Below, in pieces: positions 49,705 through 62,915 of a DNA stretch of 64,000 bases. The notes below the pieces were generated by a model. The model saw only the letters and a list, made by a program, of their open reading frames with translations. It was not told the origin of the DNA and made no database searches. Both the position numbers and the translations under genes were made by a program. The stretch is from contig OX597818.1 of NCBI GenBank assembly GCA_951406725.2, forward strand, positions 16,926,001 to 16,990,000, in the 5' to 3' direction. Every line of letters begins with the position of its first letter. Positions within the stretch are counted from its first letter, which is position 1. The DNA is from Octopus vulgaris. Its lineage: Eukaryota.

Positions 49705-50985
49705 ATCATTAGCATGCTGGACGAAATAATTGGCAGTATTTTGCCCGTCACTATGTTCTGAGTTCAAATTCTGCCAAGGCTGACTTTGCCTTTCATCCTT
49801 TTGGGGTTGATAAATTAAGTACCAGTGAAATTCTGGAGTTGATGTAATTGACTAATCCCTTCCCCCAAAACTTCAGGCCTTGTGCCTAGAATAGAAAGGA
49901 TTATTATTATTATTATTATTATTTAAGGCAGTGAGCTGGCAGAATAGTTAGCATGCTGGATTGGTATTTCGCCTGTTGCTACATTCTGAGTTCAAACTCT
50001 GCAGAGGTCGACTTTGTTTTTTATTCTTTTGGGGTCGATAAATTAAGTACCAGTGAAACACTGGGGTCGATGTAATCAACTAGTCTCCTCTTCCTAAATT
50101 TCAGGCCTTGTGCCTATAGTAGAAAGGATTATTATTATTATCATTTAAGGTAGTGAACTGGCAGAATCACTAGCATACTGGGCAAAATGCTTAGTGGTAC
50201 TTTGTCTGCCGCTATGTTCCGAGTTCAAATTATGCATAGGTTGACATTGCCTTTCATCTTTTCAGGGTTGATGAATTAAGTACCAGTTGAGTACAGGGGT
50301 TGGTGTAAACCCTATCACTGCCCCCCCCCCCACAAAATTTCAGGCCTTGTGTCTACAGTAGAAGGCTTATTATTATTATTATTATTATTATTGCAGCAAT
50401 ATGGCAGTATCATTAGCATGCCAGGCAGAATGCTTAGTGGTATTTCATCCATCTTACATTTTGATTTTGAATTCTGCCAAGGTCAACTTTGCCTTTCATC
50501 CTTTCAAGGTCGATAAGTTAAGTACCAGTAGAGCACTGGGGTGGTGGGGATCAATGTAATCGGCTTAATCTATCTGTTGAAACTGCTGGTCTTGAGACAA
50601 ATATAAATATATTATATTCTTTTCTATACTAAATGCAAGGCCCGAAATTTTTGGGAAGGGGGCCAGTCGATTAGATCAACTCCAGTACGCAACTGGTACT
50701 TAATTTATCGACCCCCGAAAGGATGAAAGGCAAAGCCGACCTCAGCAGAATTTGATCTCAGAACATAAAGACAGACGAAAATATATCATTAATATTATTA
50801 CGGTGGCAAGCTAGGCGAATTGTTAGAACGATGGAAAAAATTCCTAAGGGCATGTCTTCTTGCTTTACATTCTTGAGTTCAAATGTTGCCTGAGGTTGTC
50901 TGCTTGTTTCAGAGTTGATAAAGTAAGAACCAGTTTGATGCAATCAAGTAGCTCTAACCAACAAAATTTATGGCATTATGCCTAT
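49705..50985 (+). mobile_element. Cluster of family A SINEs: four head-to-tail (+), one inverted (~50630-50775), one more (+)
   Basis: Repeated heads (GGCAGTGAGCTGGCAGAA), CTTTCATCCTTT..GGGGTCGATAAATTAAGTACCAG cores and (ATT)n tails. Confidence 0.85.
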
Positions 50986-50986
50986 A

Positions 50987-51578
50987 CAGTAATCCCTCAC
51001 CATGTCACAGTTCACTTATTGTGGTTTATTATTTAAGCTTATGTCAATTCCTCTGTGGTGTTGTTTTGCAGCCTCATCTGGCCCCTGTGCCGGTGGCACA
51101 TAAAAAGCACCCACTACATTCACGGAGTGGTTGGCATTAGGAAGGGCATCCAGCTGTAGAAACACTGCCTGATCAGACTGGAGCCTGGTGCAGCCTCCTG
51201 GCTTCCCAGACCCCAGTTGAACCGTCCAACCCATGCTAGCATGGAAAACGGACGTTAAACGATGATGATGATGAATATGCACCCAACACCAGAGCTGAAG
51301 ACACCTCCAAAAGTGGGGGCCCCACCACGTCAAAACGGTAGAGTAGGGGCCGAAACCGGACGTGATTCCTCCTGATTATGTCTTGAGCTAACTGGATCCT
51401 ATAAAGGAGCTGTTGTGGTAGCAGACCAAGAAACATGGTTGAAATTCCCCTAGCTATAAACAAATTATAAAAATAATAAAATAAGTATACAGTATAATAA
51501 TGTTTCTACTTCATGGATTTTCACGTATCACAGGGCGGGGGGTGGAACATAACACCTGTGATAGTTGAGAGATTACTG
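50987..51578. mobile_element. Tc1/mariner (Tigger-like) MITE with a nested family C retroposon (~51060-51273)
   Basis: TA-CAGTAATCCCTC ... GAGAGATTACTG-TA. Confidence 0.75.
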
Positions 51579-51941
51579 TAGCAGAAATGATTGTTATTTT
51601 GAAGATAGTGAGCAGGTAGAATCATTACTGCATCAGACAAAATGTGGCATTTCTTCTGACTTTTGAATTCAAAATCCATCCAAGATCAGCCTTGCTTTTC
51701 ATCCTTCCAGAATCAAAAGAATCAAGTCAAATACTGAGATCAATTTAATCCACTAATCCTCACCTTCAAAATTTTGGACCCCATGTCTGTTCCAAAACAA
51801 TTGAGGACTGGCAGAATTATTAGAGCACCAGAAAAAAAACATCCAAGTAACATTTCTTCTGGCTCTCTGCATCTTAAGTTCAAATCCTACTCAGATCAGT
51901 TTTGTCTTTCATCCTTCTGGAGTCGATAAAATAAAGTACTA

Positions 51942-52340
51942 TTTTTACTCTTTTACTTGTTTCAGTCATTTGACTGCGGCCATGCTGGAGCACCGCCTTT
52001 AATCGAGAAACTCGACCCCGGGACTTATTCTTTTGTAAGCCCAGTACTTATTCTATCGGTCTCGTTTGCCGAACCGCTAGGTAACGGGGACATAAACACA
52101 CCAGCATCGGTTGTCAAGCAATGCTAGGGGGACAAACACAGACACACAAACACATACACACACACATATATATACATATATATGATGGGCTTCTTTCAGT
52201 TTCTGTCTACCAAATCCACTCACAAGGCATTGGTTGGCCCGGGGCTATAGCAGAAGACACTTGCCCAAGATGCCACGCAGTGGGACTGAACCCGGAACCA
52301 TGTGGTTGGTTAGCAAGCTACTTACCACACAGCCACTCCT
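51942..52340 (-). mobile_element. Young tRNA-derived SINE (family B, CORE-like), full length
   Basis: Head AGGAGTGGCTGTGTGGTAAG...GGTTCAGTCCC, TTGGGCAAGTG core, internal (TA/TG)n, GTAAAAGA tail; CpGs retained. Confidence 0.85.
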
Positions 52341-54659
52341 TAATATATTTGATAAGACACTCCCCAACACATCTCAGGCCTTGTGCCTATGTTATGGTGG
52401 CAGAGTGCAATATATTAACAAAATAGGTAGGGTGGAATTTAATTATAACTGTATATGGACCAAGTTCAACTTTGCTTTTCATCCTTTCAGAGGTCAGTAA
52501 AATAAAATATGAGTCATGTATTGGGTTTGGTATCATTAACTGTTTCCTCACACTAAAATGTGGGGCCCTGTGCTTATGTTGTAAGAAACTTCTTTTTGTT
52601 AGAAGACCAGCAACTTGAGGGGCAAAACGATTACATGAACCTCAATTCTTGACTATTATTTAATCAACCCTAAAGAATGAAAGGAAAAGTCAACCTAAGT
52701 ATAATTTGAACTCAGACTCTATGTTAGAAGAAATGGTACTAAAAACACATCATTTTGTCTGATACCATCACAATTCTGCCAGCTCACCATCTTATGTTAA
52801 AAACTAATATGATGGCAAGATGACAGAATTGTTAGCAAACTGAGCAAAATACTTTGAGATACTTTGTCTGTCTTTACATTCTGAGTTCAAATTCTGCCAG
52901 GGTCAACTTTGCCTTTTGTCCTTTTAGGAGTCAATAAAATAAGTACCAGTCAAGCAGTGATATCAATACAACTGACTTACCCAACTCCCAGAAATTGCTG
53001 GCCTGGTGCCAAAATTTGAAACCAATATTATAAGGTCAGTGAAGTAGATTTCTTTGTCTTTTTAGATCTTCTCAAATAGGAACAAAGGATGATTCAACAC
53101 CATTCAGATCAGTTCTTTCCTCATCTTAGATGCATTTCTCTCAGTTCACCTAACTGTATGCATTCCTATTCTGTTATATTGTCTGATTTCAGATAGTTCT
53201 GGGGTTGATTTTATCTGTAGTACCTTTGTTTTACCTATAACACCAACCACAAGGCATAACTGAAGAATTGGCCCCTTTTATCCACACCAACTATAGAATT
53301 TACAGAACAGAACTCCACCATACTATCTCTTCCTCGACTGCCACAAGATTGAGAAGATGGAGAAATTTTTCCCTAAGGAAGATAACAGGATGCCCTATGC
53401 AATGAACTTAGCAGACAGTTGGAGCCTTCCTATACAAAGATAACTTTTTGATGTAGGAATTTTTGTGATCATGCAAAGCAGCAAGAAATAGTAGCCAGAT
53501 TCCCTTAAATCACAGTCTATTATCTTCAAAAACGATAATGTGGTCTTACATACAAGGAGTAGGATGGTTATGGGTCTTCTCAGTCAGGGATGATCTGGGA
53601 CTAAACAACATCCTTGATCAGGTCTGCTTGCTGGATGACAGCACTGTGAAGTCTATGGTATTTACTTTAATGTGACATGACTTGGGTGTCTTGTAAGGTC
53701 AGAGATTTTTCTCTGAAATAAAAGAAAAATATGGTGTTCAACAGGTCTATATTGTGACTTAGAAATAATCCTTTATAGAATAAGCAAAGGAAAAAGTTCC
53801 AACTGCAAGACTAGACCCCTCAATTAAGAGGGTGGGGAGTAATGAGGGAGACAGCTTTATGCTAAATAATGAAAGATTAAACTACAGATAGAGGGTTTTA
53901 TGTGAACACACACACATTAGATATATATATATAAACTGAAAAATGATATCTGAATTTGAAACCAGGTCTTGGTTTCAATCAACCAGCACTCATTAATTTC
54001 ATCAGTAAGTTAAATTTGACCAAGAGCAAAAAATAAAATTGAACTTGTAATTGTAAGCTTAGCAACTTAACAACTCAGCCCTCCACTTCTCTGGAAATTA
54101 GAACATCTGCAAATAGTACAAGACTGGATACAAAAATATGTTTGACAAAAGTAAAAGAAGGAAGTCAATGGTACATGGAGATAAATTTCAAAAACAAAAG
54201 AAAAAGAAAAAAACAAATAGAAAAAATTAAATTTTTATTTTTATTTTGAAAATAATTTTTTTCTAAGGAAAAATATAAAACGTTTCGAGAAGTCTTTGCT
54301 GTTGCCATCAGAGGCCCCCCAACTTTTTGTTCACGTCACTATCGTTGTTGATACAATCTATTTGATGAGAATCAGATCTTTGTTAAAATGAGGTTTGTAG
54401 TTGAACAATCTGGAATAACGCTGAAGAAGAGTCTTCCAGTAACACGTGATGTCTTTCATTCGCAGATGGTTCCAGATATGTTTACGGCCCCTATAACAGA
54501 AGAGAAGACACTATAATGCTATCCAAAATGATGCTATGTTTAAAACGGGTTTATATAATATAGCAGGGACATGCTTGCAGTGAGGCTAACACCAGAAGGT
54601 AGGGAGAAACAAAACAAAAATGACGATATTGAAGATACAGATTATATTTCTGCTATAAA

Positions 54660-54891
54660 AGGTGGCGAGCTGGCAGAAACGTTAGCACGCCGGGCGAAAT
54701 GCGTAGCTGTATTTCGTCTGCCGTTACGTTCTGGGTTCAAATTCTGCCGAGGTTGACTTTACCTTTCATCCTTTCGGGGTCGATAAATTAAGAACCAGTT
54801 AGGCACTGGAGTTGATGTAATCCACTTAATCCATTTGTCTGTCCTTGTTTGTCCTATCTGTGTTTAGCCCCTTGTTGGTAGTAAAGAAATA
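54660..54891 (+). mobile_element. Young family A SINE with 17-bp TSD
   Basis: TSD TATATTTCTGCTATAAA at 54643-54659 and 54892-54908; close to copy 4995-5226. Confidence 0.88.
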
Positions 54892-55162
54892 TATATTTCT
54901 GCTATAAATATTTTTTAAGGCACATTAATATAGACACATCTGAGACATTCTTCAAATTAGATGGGTGAATAAGAATAAAAAAAAAGAGTTATGGCAGAAA
55001 GAGTGGTTGAGACAGAAGCTAGTGGAAGAACAAATCCTGAAGTTCAAGCGAGGATAGACAGGCCACACCTGACCATTTTGTTAGCATATCTATATTCAAA
55101 TATACTGCTTTTGTTTCAATTAAGACAATGAAGACTTTATTAAAATGATTTTGTCATTATTA

Positions 55163-55517
55163 CAGTGCAAGTGTGCCTGTGTGGTAAGAAGTTTGCTTCC
55201 CAGCCACATGGTTCTGGGTTCAGTTCTACTGTGTGGCACCTTGGGCAAACGAAAGCCTTGTGAGTGGACTTGGAAGACGGAAACTGAAAGAAACCCGTCA
55301 GGTGTGTGTGTGTGTATGTGTCCCACTACCACTTGACAACCAGTGATAGTGTGTTTACATCCTTGTAACTTAGATGTTCAGCAAAAGAGACCGATAGAAT
55401 AAGTACAAGGCTTTGAATAAAAAAGGCCAGGGGGTGGATTTGTTCAACTAAAATGCTTCAAGACAGTGACCCAGCATGGTTGCAGACAAATAACTGGAAC
55501 AAGTAAAAGATGAAAGA
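55163..55517 (+). mobile_element. Family B SINE, older copy
   Basis: Similar to 58702-59092 along its length. Confidence 0.7.
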
Positions 55518-56146
55518 CTAAGCTGGTGTTTGTAACATAAATTAACAAGAAAATTTGATGGAAAGTTTCAATTCAGATCACTTCAAAACAGGGAGCTTGT
55601 ATCATAGAACTAAGGTGAGTCTCAGGTGGGTTGATGTCAGAAAGATTAAGGAAACTAACATCCTGCATTGCACATCAGAATGACCTTTTGTCTTGAGTTC
55701 AAACAATTCTGCCAGCTTTATTATATTACTAGCTGAAAAGCCGTACTCTGTGCAGACCTTTAAGCTAGCTCCTGTGGAGGGCTAATTGCACCTGCAGCCC
55801 AAAACTAAAGAGAGCTAAATAGCATGCCTATAATACGACTATGTTGAATATATGCCCTGGTGGTGTTTGATCAGAGGTTAAGAACAGGTGAGAATTAATT
55901 CTGTAATGCAATCATTCTATTGCTCCAGTCCCCACTTGAATTCCATATTTAGAAACGTTTTCGCAGAATAAATGTTTTTGTATTATAGTTCAATTGAAAA
56001 TATATTGGTATACGTATTTTTAAGGTGAGTTTGACATATATAATATATAATATGAGCATGGCCACAGCTCGTGAGCTCAAACTAGATTAAATAAAAAAAT
56101 AAAAATAAAACCAGATAAAATAAATAAAATTTAAAAAATTAAAAAA

Positions 56147-56344
56147 CTGGCCCTTGTGCTGGTGGCACGTAAAAGCACCCACTACACTCTTGGAGTGGTT
56201 GGCATTAGGAAGGGCATCCAGCTGTAGAAACTCTGCCAGATCAGATTGGAGCCTGGTGCAGCCTTCTGGCTCACCAGTCCTCAGTCAAACCGTCCAACCC
56301 ATGCTAGCATGAAAAGCAGACGTTAAACGATGATGATGATGATG
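56147..56344 (+). mobile_element. Family C retroposon, short form
   Basis: One GGTGGCACGTAAAAGCACC unit, conserved body, (TGA)n tail. Confidence 0.8.
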
Positions 56345-57171
56345 TCAGTACAGTTACAGAGCATACATAACATGGTGACTGAAAACGTCTGCTTTAGCTG
56401 TTTTAGCTATATTCTTAAATTTACAGTGAAAAAAAGACAAGATTTTGTGATTGTTATATATTTTCTCAAGGATGTGTAATCAAAAATACTTCCAATCTTT
56501 AATTAAAATCAATTCAATGGGTTGGGAACTTATCTTTTATTCTAATAATGTGGGGTTTTTTTAGGAAAAAGGTCAGTTTGGGAAAATCTATTGGAATGCA
56601 TATTTAATGGCCCCAAAACTCCAGTTTATAAAATAAACTTTGAAAAATATAATAAAAGGCAAAGTTGACAAAAGAGTTGAGATAGGGGGGGTGAGGTAAA
56701 GGGAATACACTAAAAATAGCTAAAGGTAGGGGACTGAGGCAGAGCAAAAAAACAACAATCAAACCAAAGTCAAGAAGAGTGGAGAAAAGCACTCAATGGC
56801 CTGTGCTCTGCAGGGAGGAAGGGGCTTAAATAAGAAAGTAATATGGACACATGATGTGACCAGATGATGAGTGCTCAAGTCAAAGAATGTCTAATGCCAG
56901 TGACCAGAGGCTACAGAAGAAAATATGTTTGTGAAGCAGCCTTACAAATGGGGATGGCAACTAGCAGATTATTGACAATGTATTATACAGCAGAGATAAA
57001 GATGTTAAAAAAAATGGTAAATGTTGGAGAGGGGTATCATGTCTACGGACATATGTAGGGTTTCCTAGTTTGGAAGATTAGAGACAACAAATTGAGGTTA
57101 GTGGTGTTAATACACTTTGTAGGTCATTGGTTTAAGATGGAGGGAAGATGAAAGGAGAGAAAGAAGGGAGA

Positions 57172-57495
57172 GAGTGTGTGTGTGTGTGTGTGTGTTATGT
57201 GTGCAGTATATGTGTATGTGAGCTGCATGCACATGTGTATGTGAGCAGCATGTTTGAGTGTGCTGCATATGTGTGTATATGCACTGCATGTGTGTATGTG
57301 TGCTGCATGTGTGTATGTGCATTGCATGCATGTGATATGCACTGCATGTATGTGTGTATTGCATGTTTGTGTGTATGTGCACTGCATATGTGTGCATGTG
57401 TATGTGTGCATGCTACATGTGTTATGTTGTTTGTGCATGCTATGTGTGTTGTGCTGCATGTGCATGCTAAGTGTGTTGTGCTGCATGTGTAGGCT
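57172..57495. repeat. Alternating purine-pyrimidine (TG/TGCA) low-complexity tract
   Basis: TGTGTATGTGCACTGCATG-like repeats. Confidence 0.85.
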
Positions 57496-58350
57496 ATGTG
57501 TCTTTGTTTTCTCTCTACTTACCTATCAGCAATCTTTTTCACTATGTCATCATTTTCCTGAGCAAACTCCAAAAGCTCTCTGTAACAGTGCAATGAACAA
57601 AAGAAACAGTTTAAAACCTTGCAATTATACTGGTTCAGTTCTTGTCGGGTCATTAGAAATATTCCTTACGAATGGTCATTCCAATTAAGGAAATAACCTT
57701 ACTCTCACTCTCTCTCGTCATCATCTGATCACCCAGTTCCTGAGTCTTAAATCCTACTACAGCCTTTTGTGTCATAAGTACATAGGTAACTCTCCTTACT
57801 TTAGATTGCTTGACTAGTTGTCACACAATGCTGGTCACAATGCAATTTGCATCATTTTAGCCTTCAAATGATGCCACCCTGCTGGCTAGATGAGCAGGCC
57901 AACATCTTCCCCAATCGAAAGGTAGGCTGGGCAGGAACAAATTGAAATGAAGTGTTTTGCTCAAGAGATCAACATGCCGCCCAATCTGGGAATCAAACCC
58001 ATGATCTAGTAACCATGAGTGCAACAGCCTAACCGCTAGGCTACTAACATACAATGCTTAAATCAGGCTAATCATTCAACAATTTAGTCTTCAAAATATG
58101 CTAATTTTTCACACCTACTCTTGAATAATATTGTACAACTACTTTGGGATCCTCTCACCACTATTTTGCTAAATACAGTGAAGTATATCATTCGATGAAG
58201 AGGTTTAATAAGATTGAAAAGTACCCAGAGTTATTTCCCATACTTGATAGAATTATTAAAATAACATACATTGAACTAATAGTGTATCTTCCTCACTGGA
58301 AAATTGTTTTTTAAACTCATGACATTAAATATGGTCACACTGCATACTGT

Positions 58351-58564
58351 TTAACCTTTAGCATTCAGATTACTCTGTCAAATGTAGTGCTTTGTTTTGA
58401 ATTAATCATGCATTATCATGTAATTTTGAGATTTTGATGATGTGACTGTTTACATTGAGTATGACATTATAGGGTAGTTGTGACAGGCAGATATGCCTAG
58501 TTTGAACATAAAACTGGTAGAATATTTTGGCTGGATGTGGTAAGTTTAAATGCTAAAGAGTTAA
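58351..58564 (-). mobile_element. piggyBac-type MITE copy
   Basis: TTAACCTTTAGCATT ... AATGCTAAAGAGTTAA. Confidence 0.78.
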
Positions 58565-58701
58565 TTACAAGGAAATGTAATTTTTTATATTTTTACAATA
58601 TTTCATAACCAAACTTTAATATTTAACTCTCATCTTATTTAAATATCCTTGAAACTATGTCAAAGATACAAAATAAAATATGTTCTTAAATTATGAAAAA
58701 T

Positions 58702-59092
58702 GTGCAGGAGTGGCTGTGTGGTAAGTAGCTTGCTTCCCAACCACATGGTCCCGAGTTCATTCCCACTGCATGACACCTTGGGCAAGTGTCTTCTACTATA
58801 GCCTTGGGCCAACCAAAGCCTTGTGAGTGGATTTGGTAGACGGAAACTGAAAGAAGCCTGTCGTATATATGTATGTGAGTGTGTCTGTGTTTGTCCCCCC
58901 GCCCAATGTCGCTTGACATCCAATAGTGGTGTGTTTACGTCCCTATAACTTAGCGGTTCGGCAAAAGAGACGAATAGAATAAGTACTAAGCTTCCAAAGA
59001 ATAAGTCCTGGGGTCGATTTGCTCGACTAAAGGCGGTGCTCCAGCATGGCCACAGTCAAATGACTGAAACAAGTAAAAGGGAGTAAAGAGTA
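58702..59092 (+). mobile_element. Family B SINE, full length
   Basis: Reverse-complement match to 51942-52340. Confidence 0.85.
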
Positions 59093-59714
59093 CTTCTAGT
59101 GGTGCATACAGTGATTGTGTGGTGGTTAAAATGTTTTAACAGACAAAACATCAGACCTACCTGACATTTGACATATCATTTGGAACTGGTATATAGTGAA
59201 CCCAGGGTTTGAGAGAAGGGTAAAAGAACTCCAGCCAATCACTGCCAACATGGAAGACTAAAGAGTCACAGATGAAAAGGTGCTTTAAGCGAAAACTGGC
59301 AGCCACACCTCGGAAGTTGAATAAATATCTGTTGGAATTAGAAAAGAATATAAATTTACCTTCAGTGCAAGCATGAGTGAGTGGTTAAGAATCTAGCTAT
59401 GCATATGGGGTTTTGAGTTCAACCTTACTGAGCAGCAAACTTTGTCAAATGTACTCTACAATAGTTCCAGAACAACCAATGTCTTCAAAGTGTGATAGCA
59501 TGTGTGTTTGTGCCACACACCAATCATCAATCTGTGTCGATTCGTTTAACCTTTACCTTTCTATATTCCTTTTAACATGTACTGCCTTTGTTTTAACTCA
59601 TTTTTAAAATAATGAAGAATTTAGTAAAACTTCCTCATAATTAAGCTAGGGTCTGGAACAATTTAGCATAAAACTTTGATGGAAGATTATAATTTTAAAA
59701 AAAAAAAATTTTTT

Positions 59715-59957
59715 TTCTCAAGCCATGCCAGGCTCATAAGGGCTGCTTTCCCGGTTTCAGTGGCGTAGAAATTCCCCACCTGGACGGGACGCCTATACGT
59801 CGCAGGATTACTCATTTTTGCCAGCTGAGTGGACTGGAGCAACGTGAAATGAAGTGTTTTGCTCAAGAACACAACACATCGCCCAGTCCAGGAATCGAAA
59901 CCATAACCTTACGATTATGAGTTCAACAACCCTAACCACTAAGCCATGCGCCTCCAC
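59715..59957 (-). mobile_element. Young tRNA-derived SINE (family F) with 13-bp TSD, nested in a MITE-like repeat
   Basis: Head GGCGCATGGCTTAGTGGTTAG...CTCATAA...GTTTCGATTCC; TSD AAGATTATAATTT at 59683-59695 and 59958-59970. Confidence 0.85.
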
Positions 59958-60300
59958 AAGATTATAATTTAAACCACTTTAAAACAGTTAGTATATGTTA
60001 TACAACCTGGGGTTGTCTCAGGTGGGTTGATATCAAAAGGGTAACTTATCAGAATGAGGATTAGACTTAAAATAAGTAATCAGGGTTGATTTCAATGATT
60101 ATATCCTTCACAGTGGTGCCCCAGTAATGGCTGCAATCCAAGACTGAAACTAATAAAAAAAATTCCACAATGATCTACATATTGGTACTCTTGTCTCTTT
60201 ACTTGAAATACTGTGTAGTGGCACCACCTAATTACAAAATCTCATTCCATTGTTTTCATTATTATGTCTTTCTGAAAGGCAATGATCTGGCAGAATTGTT

Positions 60301-60591
60301 AACAATTTCATGCTAGCAATATCTTAACACTTTGGCACTTACAACCATTTTATCTCTGAAGGCAGTGAGCTGGCAGAAACGTTAATGTGACGGGCAAAAT
60401 GCTTAGCGGTATTTCATCTGCCGTTACATTCTAAGTTCAAATTCTGCCGAGGTCGACTTTGCCTTTCATCCTTTCAGGGTCGATAAATTAAGTACCAGTT
60501 ACGCACTGGGGTCGATGTAATCGACTTAATCCCTTTGTCTATCGTTGTTTATACCCTCTATGTTTAGCTCCTTGTGGGCAGTAAAGAAATA
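60301..60591 (+). mobile_element. Family A SINE with 55 bp of extra 5' DNA, inserted into an older SINE
   Basis: TSD AGAATTGTT at 60292-60300 and 60592-60600. Confidence 0.8.
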
Positions 60592-61343
60592 AGAATTGTT
60601 AGCATTCTGGCCAAAATGCTTAGTAGTATTCCATTCAGAGTTCTGAGTTCAAATTCTGCCAAGTTCAGCTTTGCCTTTCATCCTTTCAGGATCAATGAAA
60701 TAAATACCAGTTGAACACTGGGGTCAATGTGAATTTCAGGCCTTTTGTCTTTCTGATAGTTATTGCAGAATTTACTTTCGCCTTTTCCTGCATTCTAGTT
60801 TGCAACGTAACCAAGAAACATACAAAACAATTTCATGCTAACAATATCGTAACACTTTGTCACTTACAAACCATTTTATCTTTGAGTTCCAACTTTAATT
60901 AAAAGAAGGACATAGAGTGGAATTAATAGATAATATAGCTCGGAATAACACAGTTATTCAGTTACATGACAGTGCTAATAATAAAATACATCAGAAAGGA
61001 CTACAACACTCTTAGAAGGGCAAACTCCTATGATTGGTATGATAACAACCTGTGGACCCAGAAATCAATATAAAAAAAAAAGGGTTTCAGGGAAGTCATT
61101 TTACTGGTTCAACTGATTTAACATACCTTCTTCACTAAGTATTATATATGTTAGTTAATCATATGAGGGCTTATTATTAATTATTAATTTTATCCTTAGT
61201 GTCTTCCATACCTTAATGCTTTTGAAAATTGACTTTCTGAATTTTGAAATATGTTGACATATAATTATAAACATGGAATTCTTTTAACCTGACAAGCAAG
61301 CTTAATATCTGCATTGATTTAAAAACTGTGTGTATATTATATA

Positions 61344-61720
61344 CTAGCAGTATCGCCCGGCGTTGCTCAAGTTTGTAAGGGAAATAACTATAAAGCATTT
61401 TTAGAGAGTTATAGCTAAAAAATAGCAAAAAAATGGGAAAAAATGATGGTAAATTTTTTTTGAGATTAAAAAAAGGTGGAGTTGTGTCCCCTAGACAGTT
61501 TGTGGTTCCTGTTTCTGATTCTCGACCCCATGTCGAATTTATTGATTTTTTTCAGAACTGGGGAAACTTTTCAAAATTTTCGCTGCGTTAGTTTTGAATT
61601 ATGACATTGGGCTATGTGTGTGTCAAGTTTCATCAGAATCGGTTGAAAGCCGTGGTCAGGGTGAGGGTACAAGCAAACAGACACACAGAAACACGCACAG
61701 AGAGAGATATATATATAGAG
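61344..61720 (-). mobile_element. Non-autonomous Helitron-like element
   Basis: Minus-strand 3' end GCAACGCCGGGCGATACTG-CTAG|T (GC-rich subterminal motif plus CTAG); 5' end in a TC/TA microsatellite. Confidence 0.7.
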
Positions 61721-62689
61721 AGATATATATATAATTTTTTACTAGTTTTATTTTGTCTTTTTGTCTTCTCTCCTTGTGCTATATGAACACTTAAGGTGAT
61801 TTTAGAGTCAGTTTCCTGGCTGCTATTTTCAGCATGGCAGTATCTCGTAGATACCCTAAGTTATAATTTTAATAACAATTATTACCTTTGAAGGTTTTTA
61901 TTTCCATGCTGGCCACTTGATATGATCGTTATTTAATTTAAATTAATGATCTTACCTATATATATATATATATTAGTACAGGGATTAATTTATTTTATAT
62001 TTTATAATATATAAAAAAATTATTTCATACATGTTTATTAAGCTGCAAAACAATTGTTAAATACAAATATCCATTGGTAAAATAAATTTTATCATAGTAT
62101 ATTTCTCTATTTATAATTTTATAGACTCCTTGAGTTTTTCTTTTGTATCGTACTATATATGCTAAAGTGTTTTGTAGAATGATATATGAAAGAGCTTTTT
62201 CCATGAGTACCACCAGATTATTTGAATCCAGATATAAACTACAGCAAAAAACATGACTGTATAATATTTGGAAAAGAAATTATTTTAATGTTTGCTGTCA
62301 TCATCATTTTAACTTTCACTTTTCTGTGCTTCAAAGGCCAGAAGTTTGTTGATGCAGATTTGTTCTTCCTGTCATCAATCCACAACTGCTTTCATGAAGA
62401 TTACAAATAAACGGCATTGCTTAGATAAATGGTAACCATTTCAGGAAACAAATATCAAGTAGAGAAGACACAAACACAGACTTACATATATCTTTCTCTT
62501 TTATATATATATTATATATAAAACCACTATTAGGCAAATCAAACAGTGAAAATCATAAGCCAATACATAGAAATAAAATTAATTAAAAAATATATAAAAA
62601 ATATAAAATTCCAAACTAAAATATTTAAATTAAAGTTAAAATTTAAAAAATTATTTAAATTAATAATTTAAACTTATAAATTTTAAATA

Positions 62690-62813
62690 TATATATATAT
62701 TTTATTATTATTATTTTATTTATTTATTTTATTATTATTATTTTTATTTATTTTTTTTTATTTATTTATTTTTTATTATTATTATTATTTATTTATTTTT
62801 TATTTATTTATTT

Positions 62814-62844
<31 letters not shown>

Positions 62845-62915
62845 TTTATCTTTATTTTTTATCTATTTATTATTTTTTATTTATTTATTTTATTTATATA
62901 TTTTTTTTATTATAT
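62690..62915. repeat. AT-only low-complexity tract (TTA/TTTA)
   Basis: Direct inspection. Confidence 0.9.

Noticed and set aside
51296-51362. CTGAAGA...CGAAAC possible hammerhead core
   Set aside because: No stem II pairing next to the core and no convincing stems I/III.
54281-54316. Minus-strand CTGATGG...CGAAAC hammerhead look-alike
   Set aside because: Core mismatch and no stem II.
57700-57790. Tc1/mariner transposase remnant (WPPxSPDLNP-like)
   Set aside because: Only a frameshifted trace; not supportable without a search.
59880-59957. tRNA-Met-like gene (CTCATAA loop, A/B boxes)
   Set aside because: Head of a SINE with body, tail and TSD; no acceptor stem or terminator.
62320-62445. 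Mariner transposase C-terminal remnant (FKGQKF...INGNHF)
   Set aside because: Weak, short similarity with stops; no TIRs identified.
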